64,000 nt of DNA from Dehalococcoidia bacterium (GTDB taxonomy: Bacteria; Chloroflexota; Dehalococcoidia; Lucifugimonadales; JAGWBF01), in assembly GCA_965261965.1 (NCBI GenBank), contig OZ253489.1, positions 3,365,131 to 3,429,130 of the forward strand. Direction: 5' to 3'. Every line of letters begins with the position of its first letter. Position 1 is the first letter of the stretch. The notes below the pieces were generated by a model. The model was not told the DNA's origin and searched no databases. It saw only the letters and a list, made by a program, of their open reading frames with translations. Below, one piece after another: positions 17,137-25,002 of this stretch. The translations under genes were made by a program, and so were the position numbers.

Positions 17137-20105
17137 GAGGTATGCTCCGCTGTTTCGTTGCTATCACGAGAAAGCGTTCGGAGCAACTGGGCAATAGTCT
17201 CGTCGGCATCGTTGTACGCGGCCGACCTTGTCCAAAACCGTCGTTCAGCAGGTTTCACTATATGAATTGCCTCAGCTTCATACACTTTGATATTCCTTCG
17301 GAAATATAGACTCTGCGCATGTTCTTCGGTTGCAACTCGTTCCAGTCTCGCCAAGAGACTATCTAGCTCTGGCTCAGACGCTATATCCGGTTCTCGCCCC
17401 TGTAACCCCCTTGGTGCGAGATGAAACGACACTGCCCGATAGGGGGGCGTTCCTTGGTAGACAATTGGCGCCAACGCTCTACTTCCGCCGGTCGTGTTCT
17501 CGAAGACCTCTGCGTAGGCTTGGGCATATAGAGTCAGCTCTTCGGCCAAGGGCGCCTCGAAAGCACTCGCCCGTAAACCGCGGTAATGTCGATCCATCGC
17601 TGTATTGAAGAAGTCCTGGATTGTCTGCTGCTCAGATGAAGTCACGCCATACGAGCGATATACAAGTTCATCGAGTTCTGGGAGCCTATTCCAGTCGCCA
17701 CTAATTTCCTGTATCTGATCAACTAGGGCTACTATGCTTTGCAAAAGGTCTGTGTCTTCCACGGGGATGGCACACGGGAACTTTGCGTATTCTGTCAATC
17801 TGACAACATCACGCTCAACCCCCCATGTGCTAGCGGTCAAGAAATGGTAGTAGCGAGCGAGCGAAGAGTTATTGTAGGCACATGCAATCTTCAGATAGTC
17901 TGCATCGTCGGATGGACCTGCTATACCGATGATGCCATCCTTAAATACCGCATCATCTGGCAGGAAGACAGAAGCCAATACTCCGCCTCTTATGGCCCCA
18001 CCTCTGATCAAGACGTGCGGACCCCGGTAGATACTACGATTACGCGGTCGATGAAACACCTCTTGACCGATTCGATCCTCTTGGTTCGACGAAACATGAA
18101 AGGGTCTTACAGCATTAACCGGGACGTAATGCATCGCCGCTAGTTCCGGGGCGGGATTCTCATCTCCCCCATTGACTGTGACGCCTTCACGCATCAACCA
18201 GCCACGGCGTTCGACTACTTCATCCAGCGTGGGGAAACGCTCGCTGAGATCATCGATCAACGCGAGATCACGGGGACTGCCCCATAAGGCCACCTTCCAG
18301 ATGTAAGGATGGCTGGCAACCTGCCGGCGTGAGAAGCGCCTCACTTCATCGCCAAATACTACAATCCCTGCTAGGCCCTCAGACAATGGAGATGGATGAG
18401 GGTTCAGGTACGTCAACTCGTTACGTCCGCTCTTGTTACCTGAAGAACTCTGACAAAAGATCGCGACCATCGGTGCAACGGCTTCGCGAAAGAGGGAGCG
18501 TCGGAAAGCCGAGAAATCGACCACCTGTGTTACTTCATTGGCTATGAAGAATTGACGTCGGAATTCCCTGTTGGGGCCGCTTTGATTGAACAGCACACCT
18601 TTGCTGGGGGCCAAGAGGCATACGCGACCTTCATCAGCAAGTAATGTAGGCGCCCGCCACAGGAAGGCCTGCGCGATTTGCTTGTCTCCAATTGTGTGTC
18701 CATTTCTTCGGACATAGTCAGCCGCCAATCTTGTCAGACTGCTCCGCCAAGGTGGATTCCCGACTATGATGTCATAGCGCCGCTCGTTAAACGGAGCCTC
18801 CATGTCGAAAAAATCGTTCACGAACAGATTAGTGCCCTTTAGCGTCGGGAAGCGTACTGTTTCCCAGATGCTCTTAGGTTCGAGGAATTCCAAGAGCGCT
18901 AAGTAGCAACTGAAAGCTGCCACTTGGATCGCCTCCTCACTCAAGTCCACACCATTGATAGATCCTGTCAAGAGGTCACGCAGTTCCTCGAAACTGAGGT
19001 TCTTACCACCACGGGCATGACGATGAAGCGTTACCAACCGGCGATATGCCTCTACAAGGAAGATTCCCGAGCCGCACGCCGGATCTAGAATCCTGACGTT
19101 TCGCGGTTCGGTCTCGAAAGGGAGTACCTCGTTGAGCACGAAATCGACAATTCCAGGAGGAGTATAGTAGGCACTTGTGTTACGCCGGTCCTCATCGAGG
19201 AACGTTTCATAGATGGCGCTGATCAATTCAATCGGAATGTACTTGAAGTCGTAAGCCCAGAAGTACATCTGACCAGAGGTTACCTCTTCACCATCGAGAA
19301 AGCGTCCAAGACGTTGGAGATGCTGTGGCTTGACCTGGTCCCGCTCCAGGTCATTAATAGGAAACAGATCGCCGTTGAAGCGGCGGGCCAATTCATCAAA
19401 CAGTTGATAGGTTTCGATCCACGAACCCTTCAGTAGAGCATGGAAGGTGAGGCCGCTGACAAATCGACCAAAGTAGTCTTCGTTGATGACTCCTCGGTCT
19501 TCCAGGTAGCGAACGAAGATCGACCTGCCCAGCAGACTGTTCGCCACCGACTCGGACAATCCATCATCAATCAGGTGGCGTCGCACATGCCTGAGGTTTT
19601 CGAGCAAGCGGTTGTCGACTCGTTGCCCCCGGTTGAAGTCTCCTTGTTGTGTCCGGACAAAGCGCCCCGATACGATTTCCCTTCGTCGGTACTCGGACAG
19701 CTCTCGTCTAAGCTCCAGAACATTTGTAACCTGCTGAACCGCCTGCTTAAGCAAGGTACTGCCCTCGCCCATTAGCCGGCCAGAGTCACGCTGGGGTGGT
19801 GCAAAGCAATTGTAGACTCGCACCTCTTGCGGCAGGACGGCGATCAGCAGCGGGGCGCGATTGTGATTCCACAGAGAGCGATGGAGGTGCCACAGGTAGT
19901 CGTCATTGACGGTCTGGAGTTCCTTAAAGTAGACAACCGGGATGTTCCCATGGAAATAGGCGGCGTCCATCTGAAGTTTGTCACGGACTTCCTGCCAAAC
20001 GTAGGCGCGTCCATCCCCGACGTCTGGTGTATCAACAGTCACCAAACCCTTGTCGTCGAGGTATTCAAGGGCATCGAGGACGTTTGTCAATGCGCTCCCG
20101 ATCAC
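17133..20105 (-). CDS. Large N6-adenine DNA methyltransferase (Eco57I/type IIG-like architecture, with target-recognition region)
   Basis: YYTP, ILDPACGSGIFL (motif I), IVGNPPW (motif IV), YDFKYIPIELISAIYE. Confidence 0.9.
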   Translation of the reverse strand: MIGSALTNVLDALEYLDDKGLVTVDTPDVGDGRAYVWQEVRDKLQMDAAYFHGNIPVVYFKELQTVNDDYLWHLHRSLWNHNRAPLLIAVLPQEVRVYNCFAPPQRDSGRLMGEGSTLLKQAVQQVTNVLELRRELSEYRRREIVSGRFVRTQQGDFNRGQRVDNRLLENLRHVRRHLIDDGLSESVANSLLGRSIFVRYLEDRGVINEDYFGRFVSGLTFHALLKGSWIETYQLFDELARRFNGDLFPINDLERDQVKPQHLQRLGRFLDGEEVTSGQMYFWAYDFKYIPIELISAIYETFLDEDRRNTSAYYTPPGIVDFVLNEVLPFETEPRNVRILDPACGSGIFLVEAYRRLVTLHRHARGGKNLSFEELRDLLTGSINGVDLSEEAIQVAAFSCYLALLEFLEPKSIWETVRFPTLKGTNLFVNDFFDMEAPFNERRYDIIVGNPPWRSSLTRLAADYVRRNGHTIGDKQIAQAFLWRAPTLLADEGRVCLLAPSKGVLFNQSGPNREFRRQFFIANEVTQVVDFSAFRRSLFREAVAPMVAIFCQSSSGNKSGRNELTYLNPHPSPLSEGLAGIVVFGDEVRRFSRRQVASHPYIWKVALWGSPRDLALIDDLSERFPTLDEVVERRGWLMREGVTVNGGDENPAPELAAMHYVPVNAVRPFHVSSNQEDRIGQEVFHRPRNRSIYRGPHVLIRGGAIRGGVLASVFLPDDAVFKDGIIGIAGPSDDADYLKIACAYNNSSLARYYHFLTASTWGVERDVVRLTEYAKFPCAIPVEDTDLLQSIVALVDQIQEISGDWNRLPELDELVYRSYGVTSSEQQTIQDFFNTAMDRHYRGLRASAFEAPLAEELTLYAQAYAEVFENTTGGSRALAPIVYQGTPPYRAVSFHLAPRGLQGREPDIASEPELDSLLARLERVATEEHAQSLYFRRNIKVYEAEAIHIVKPAERRFWTRSAAYNDADETIAQLLRTLSRDSNETAEHTS

Positions 20106-20602
20106 GGGAACACCCCCACTGAGCCGATTGCTTGAACACTTGGACTGACGCCGTCCTGGGGACCTGAAGCGACCTGTTCCTCGATTTCAGCTAACAGGTC
20201 AGCCAAAGGAAAGCGCAAGACATATTGCCGGGCAAGAGGGTCCAGGAGTTCTTCGTTCGACCTCCTGATAAGAATTCGGTGCCCGTCGGTGACGACCTCA
20301 AGTTCAGTGAGTGGCGCAGGTTCTTCCACTAAGTCGGATAGGCTTAGGAGTGCCTGACGGATCTTCTGCAGGGACAAGCCAGCCTGACGTAGGCGAAGGA
20401 TGAGCTTGAGCTGCACCACGTCCAGCAGTGTGTATAGCCGCCTACTACCGCTGCCCTGAGCCGGACGCCCATGGGGGCGTGCTAGTGCGGGGTCATCCCA
20501 GTATCCCAATCTGCGCTGTGTTAACCCAACGATCTTCTGCACCTCGCCCGAGGTGAACAGACCGGGCAGTTGGGTTGACGGTGTTGCAGCCACGGTAGAC
20601 AT
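20102..20602 (-). CDS. MerR-family HTH regulator
   Basis: FTSGEVQKIVGLTQRRLGYW...GSGSRRLYTLLDVVQLKLILRLRQAGLSLQKIR; coupled to the MTase start. Confidence 0.8.
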   Translation of the reverse strand: MSTVAATPSTQLPGLFTSGEVQKIVGLTQRRLGYWDDPALARPHGRPAQGSGSRRLYTLLDVVQLKLILRLRQAGLSLQKIRQALLSLSDLVEEPAPLTELEVVTDGHRILIRRSNEELLDPLARQYVLRFPLADLLAEIEEQVASGPQDGVSPSVQAIGSVGVFP

Positions 20603-20711
20603 CTTGTCATTCAAAGTACAAGAAACAGTGACTCGTGTCAATGTCGCGTCGTATCTTGCCATGGATGGAGGATCCTCCGAGCAGATGAAACCAGGTGAGG
20701 ACAGGCATCCC

Positions 20712-22289
20712 CTATGATCTGGTAGATAGCACCTCGCCGTTCAGAGCCGTCTCCTCGGCGTTCCTGCCGTGTATGAAGCTATCGTCGGGCATGGGAATGG
20801 TGTAGCGCAACAGAGCACTGCTGGGCATGACGACGATCTCCTTGACGAAGGACTGGATGAAGGCTCTGCGCTCGGTCGGCTCGCTCTCGTCAAGGAAGTC
20901 CCTCAACTCCTGGGCATATGCCGTAATCGTGTTCACGTCGTCCAGTGCCTTCCTGCGCTGGGCGAGCATCGCCCTGGCATCTTCCGCCGCATCCTCCAAG
21001 CGTTCCTGCCGCTCCCGGAGCTCCCTGATGCGGTCCGAGGCCTCGGCCATAACGGTGTCGGTCATCGCGATGTGGCGCCAGATGCGGCCCAGCTGCCTCT
21101 TGACGTCCTCAAGTTCATCCTCGATGGTCTTCAGCCTTTTGCGCTGCTCTCGGGCCACACCGCCCATCTCCTCGTCGACGACCTTCACCAGGTCTTGGAT
21201 GCTACCCTCGGTGAGGATGTCGGAGCGAATCTTGGCAACGACCAATTCCTCGAAGCGGCGGGCGTTGAGCGTGGGAGTATCGCAGGCGTCCTTGCCGAGC
21301 TTGATGTTCGACTGGCAGATGTAGTAGGAATACTGGCCGCTCTTGGCGAACCGGCCGGTAAGCGGCATCTTGCACGCCTCACACTTGACCAGGCCGCTGA
21401 GCAGGTAGGAGCTTCCGACCCTTCGGGGGTGGCTGAACTTGGGCGCCCGGGAGCTCAGATGCCCTCCGACGCGGCGGAACTGGGCCTTGGTGACGATGGC
21501 GGGGAACGCCTTCTCCACCCGCACTGGGTCAGCGTTGTCCTTGGCGTTGATTCCCCAGACCAGGGTGCCCGTGTACGCCTCGTTGGTAAGGATGTTGTGG
21601 ACGCTGGTCCTGGCCCAGAGCTTCCCCCTGGGGCTGGAGATGCCTTCGCTGTTGAGGGTGCGGATGATTTCGAGCGTCCCATCTCCGGCCTCGGCCATGT
21701 CGAACATGCGCCTGACGATGCGGGACGCTTCGGGGTCGATCTCCAGGGTGGGTCTCTTCTTGGGACCGTCCTGCACCATGACCCGGTTGTAGCCGTAGGG
21801 GGCGTGGCTGGAAACCCAGAAGCCTCTCGATGCGGATTCCCGCATCCCCCTCGTGACCTCTTGGGCGAGATTCTCGCTGTAGAACTCGTCCACGCTCTCG
21901 ATGATGGCCTCAAGGAGCTTGCCCGTCGGGGTGTCGTCAGCGTGCTCGGTGATGGAGACGACGCGAACGCCCTTGCGCCGGAGCATGGACTTGAAGGCGA
22001 TGGCGTGTTCGCGTTTGCGGGTGAACCTGGAGAACTTCCAGACCAGAATCTCCCTAAAGGGAGCCTCGGACTTGGTGGCCTCGTCGATCATCTTGCGGAA
22101 CTGCGGCCTGTCGGCTATACGGCCGCTCTCAGCCTCGTCCACGTACTCGCGGACGACCATGTAGTCGTTCTTGCGGGCGTGGTCTCGGAGCGCCCTGAGC
22201 TGGGCGGCCACCGACAGGTCCACGTCCTGCCTGTCGCTGGAGACCCTAGCGTAGAGGGCCGCTGGCGTGTAGTCGCGTCGTTCATCCAT
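20712..22289 (-). CDS. Large serine recombinase LSR3 (close paralog of LSR2)
   Basis: YARVSS, CEACK...YYIC...C zinc ribbon; long stretches of DNA identical to 13560-15110. Confidence 0.93.
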   Translation of the reverse strand: MDERRDYTPAALYARVSSDRQDVDLSVAAQLRALRDHARKNDYMVVREYVDEAESGRIADRPQFRKMIDEATKSEAPFREILVWKFSRFTRKREHAIAFKSMLRRKGVRVVSITEHADDTPTGKLLEAIIESVDEFYSENLAQEVTRGMRESASRGFWVSSHAPYGYNRVMVQDGPKKRPTLEIDPEASRIVRRMFDMAEAGDGTLEIIRTLNSEGISSPRGKLWARTSVHNILTNEAYTGTLVWGINAKDNADPVRVEKAFPAIVTKAQFRRVGGHLSSRAPKFSHPRRVGSSYLLSGLVKCEACKMPLTGRFAKSGQYSYYICQSNIKLGKDACDTPTLNARRFEELVVAKIRSDILTEGSIQDLVKVVDEEMGGVAREQRKRLKTIEDELEDVKRQLGRIWRHIAMTDTVMAEASDRIRELRERQERLEDAAEDARAMLAQRRKALDDVNTITAYAQELRDFLDESEPTERRAFIQSFVKEIVVMPSSALLRYTIPMPDDSFIHGRNAEETALNGEVLSTRS

Positions 22290-22324
22290 TCGTCTACCCT
22301 TTTTCTCTCCGGGACCGCACTCTT

Positions 22325-22582
22325 TCACTCAGGCTGGAGGCCGTCAGGTTCTGGAGGCGAATTCACCATCCCTCCTCCTACGCGGCCGCCGCCATCGGTG
22401 AGTGAGCCAACCCCGTGCTTTCGCATGTAGGAGCGGATGGCGACCCTTGCCCAGATGCGCAGGCCCTTGCGGATGAGCCTCCGCTGCTCCGGCGTGTACG
22501 ACACCTCCTGGCTGTCCGGGGAGGCTTCGGGAGGCAGCTCGTCGGGCCTCTTTCGTCTCTTCTTACCTTCGGTATCTTTCAT
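22325..22582 (-). CDS. Small basic protein directly upstream of LSR3 (candidate directionality factor)
   Basis: MKDTEGKK...TPEQRRLIRKGLRIWARVAIRSY; positional counterpart at 60824-61060 shares the MKDT.GK start. Confidence 0.55.
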   Translation of the reverse strand: MKDTEGKKRRKRPDELPPEASPDSQEVSYTPEQRRLIRKGLRIWARVAIRSYMRKHGVGSLTDGGGRVGGGMVNSPPEPDGLQPE

Positions 22583-22593
22583 GATCGTAGTCG

Positions 22594-22736
22594 CAGCGGC
22601 GGTTCGTGGGCCGCTGGCCTCTCGTTGCAGTTGTGCGGCAGGGCCGCCCGGCGCCGACGGAATGGGCGAGCGCCGGGTGGCCTCCGTGTCGTCTGATGCC
22701 CCGCCTTGCCGCCGTTGCGCCTGCGCGCGGCGGGGC
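22594..22736. other. Conserved non-coding triple stem-loop element, copy A
   Basis: Stems at 22594-22616, 22643-22681 and 22698-22736; homolog at 61073-61213. Confidence 0.7.
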
Positions 22737-22743
22737 GTTCCGG

Positions 22744-23061
22744 TCAGTCCTTGAAGAAGGTCATCTGGAAGCCCTCGCCGATGAGGATCTCCAGGCCGCC
22801 GGGCAACCGGCTTGCGAAGCGGAAGATCGAGTGCATCGCTCCCCCGCACGGCTCGACGCCCTTGCGCCACCTGAGCAGCTGCTTGGGGTCCACGCCGAGG
22901 GCCTTGGCGAAGCCGCGCCAGCTGAGACCGCTGGCCTCCTTGAGGCGTTCGAGGCGCTGACCGAAGTCCTCCGGCAGGACACCGCTCTGCATGGGCTGGG
23001 CGCCTTTCTCTCCAGTGGTGTGAAGCCCGTCCAAACGGGACGAAACGTTAGTGTTGGTCAT
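22744..23061 (-). CDS. XRE-family HTH protein
   Basis: FGQRLERLKEASGLSWRGFAKALGVDPKQLLRWRKG; paralog at 61220-61549. Confidence 0.8.
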   Translation of the reverse strand: MTNTNVSSRLDGLHTTGEKGAQPMQSGVLPEDFGQRLERLKEASGLSWRGFAKALGVDPKQLLRWRKGVEPCGGAMHSIFRFASRLPGGLEILIGEGFQMTFFKD

Positions 23062-23329
23062 GTCTATCCTCCATCGTGAAAAGCTGGTTGAAGTCGTCTA
23101 CGCCGAGGACCTTTTGCATCCGGCGGCGGATGCGTCCGGAGGGCGAGCGCTCCCCGTTGACCAGCATCGACATGTACCCCGGGCTGACCCCGGTCTCCCT
23201 GGCGAGCCAATTCTGGGAGCGGTTCAGCGTGGTGAGCCGCTTCCAGAGGGCCGCCGTGTCGAGCCGGACAACGTTCCGTCCTGCGCGCCTCCGGTGGCCT
23301 TTCTTTTTGTGAATATTTTCCGAACTCAT
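23048..23329 (-). CDS. XRE-family HTH protein
   Basis: SQNWLARETGVSPGYMSMLVNGERSPS; paralog at 61536-61820. Confidence 0.8.
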   Translation of the reverse strand: MSSENIHKKKGHRRRAGRNVVRLDTAALWKRLTTLNRSQNWLARETGVSPGYMSMLVNGERSPSGRIRRRMQKVLGVDDFNQLFTMEDRHDQH

Positions 23330-23349
23330 GGCGTTCCGTTTCCAATCGT

Positions 23350-25002
23350 TCATTGAGGCGGCAGGGCCTGGGGCGATTCCCAGTCGGTGGGCGCGCGCCA
23401 GGCGCGTCCCAGCGGCCCCAGGGCGTCTATGGCCTCCCGATGGGAGATCCACAGGGGCACTGTCTCGCCCGCCGCCCTCATCTCCTCCCGCGCCACGCGC
23501 AGGAAGTGGGTTGCCGCGATGTCGTCGTCGAATACGACCAGGACGGCGGGCCGGACGCCGTGGTCGTCGGTGGGCCTGTGCGATGAGAAGTAGCGCAGAT
23601 AGGGGGCGAGTCGGTCGGACATGGTGGAGGGCCGCACGGCCCTTCGCTCCCACTCCAGGAAGAAGGGCCAGCGTGTGTCGCCCTTGGCGAGGACGCCGAA
23701 GGCGTCGGGGTTGACGGCGCGCATCCCGCCGTCGTGCCGGAAGTGGCGGGAGGCCCTTCTCGGCGGGTCGAGCTGGGCGACCTCCCACCCCAGGAGGGGG
23801 GCCTGCACCGCCAGCGCGGCCAGGAATCCGTGGACGGCGGAGGTGTGCTCGGCGTTCCTCAGCAGCTGCCGCGTCCTCCTGCCGGAGAGGTTGCGCCACT
23901 CCAGGGGGGTCTCGGCGTCTTCGAGGGCGACGCTCCACCGTCTCTTCGCCACGCCCACGGACGTGCGGTCCCTACGGGCCAGGTGTGTCAGTCCCCGGTC
24001 GGTGAGGACGATGCGTCCGCCCGCGTCGCGGGGGCGGCTCACGAGGCCGAAGCCTTCGAGGGGGTTGACGAGCTGGGAGGCCCTTTGGGGCGAGACGCCC
24101 ATGAGCCCGGCCAGCTCCTGGAGAGCGACCCAGGGCCAGTCCGAGACCAGGTCGAGGGCGCGCTTCTCGGCGGACTTGAGAATGACGGGCAGCATATGGT
24201 CGGACATGTCCGACGCCGCCCACCTGTCGGGAAGGTCGGCGGGGAGGTCGGCCCGCTCCGGTTCAGGCTCCCGCGGCAGCTCACTCCCAGGGATCGCCCG
24301 GTCGAGCTCGTAGCGCAGGTCGATGGCGGCGGAGACCTTGACGGGGCTCCATATCCGGTCGCCCGCTCCGGCCAGGACCGCCTCGCGTTCGAGGGCGAAC
24401 AGGGCCGGCACGTCGGTGGTCGAGAGGAGCCTGCGGGCGTGCCTGAGACGCACGTCGTCGGCCATGAGGATGAGGAGGGTTCCGGGGAGCGGCCAGTCGC
24501 GCAGCCGCCAGAGCCGCTTGGCGAAGCCCGACCGGTCGGCGGTGAGTCCCTGCCTGATGATCCCGACGGTCCTGCCGTCCGGCAGCGTCACGGCGGCGTC
24601 CATCGGCATGGCCCGGTACCAGCGGAACCGGATGGGGTAGGCGACGTTGGAGAGGGCGGAGGCGACGTGGTAGACGGAGGCGAGCGGGTCGAGCCGGTCC
24701 ATCAGGATGCGCCGCCACTGGGCGGAGACGGGATGGGAGCGCACCAGCTCGTCGAGGGCGACGCCCTCCTCTCCGGCGAGCCTGCGCAGCCCTGCGGCGG
24801 TGAGATGGAACCTCCGCGCGGGGGGAAGCGGGTCTACGGCGTGGGGCACGGAGGCGCAGAACCCGCCGGACTCCAGGCTCGCTATGGCCTCGTAGACGGC
24901 GCCCCTCGACCAGCCGCAGACGGCGACCATCTCCAGCCGGTCGAGGAAGGGCATTGACGCCAGGGCGCGGAGCAGGTCGGCCTCACATCCTGCGGGTTTC
25001 AT
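23350..25002 (-). CDS. Replication-relaxation family protein, internally duplicated (putative relaxase)
   Basis: Two HTH-led halves; second half VNPDAFG...FFLEWERRA; coupled to the upstream T4CP stop. Confidence 0.72.
   Translation of the reverse strand: MKPAGCEADLLRALASMPFLDRLEMVAVCGWSRGAVYEAIASLESGGFCASVPHAVDPLPPARRFHLTAAGLRRLAGEEGVALDELVRSHPVSAQWRRILMDRLDPLASVYHVASALSNVAYPIRFRWYRAMPMDAAVTLPDGRTVGIIRQGLTADRSGFAKRLWRLRDWPLPGTLLILMADDVRLRHARRLLSTTDVPALFALEREAVLAGAGDRIWSPVKVSAAIDLRYELDRAIPGSELPREPEPERADLPADLPDRWAASDMSDHMLPVILKSAEKRALDLVSDWPWVALQELAGLMGVSPQRASQLVNPLEGFGLVSRPRDAGGRIVLTDRGLTHLARRDRTSVGVAKRRWSVALEDAETPLEWRNLSGRRTRQLLRNAEHTSAVHGFLAALAVQAPLLGWEVAQLDPPRRASRHFRHDGGMRAVNPDAFGVLAKGDTRWPFFLEWERRAVRPSTMSDRLAPYLRYFSSHRPTDDHGVRPAVLVVFDDDIAATHFLRVAREEMRAAGETVPLWISHREAIDALGPLGRAWRAPTDWESPQALPPQ

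Noticed and set aside
20769-22430. 553-aa ORF on + strand (likewise 14253-15206 and 12568-13374)
   Set aside because: Antisense shadows of recombinase genes caused by GC-rich codon bias.
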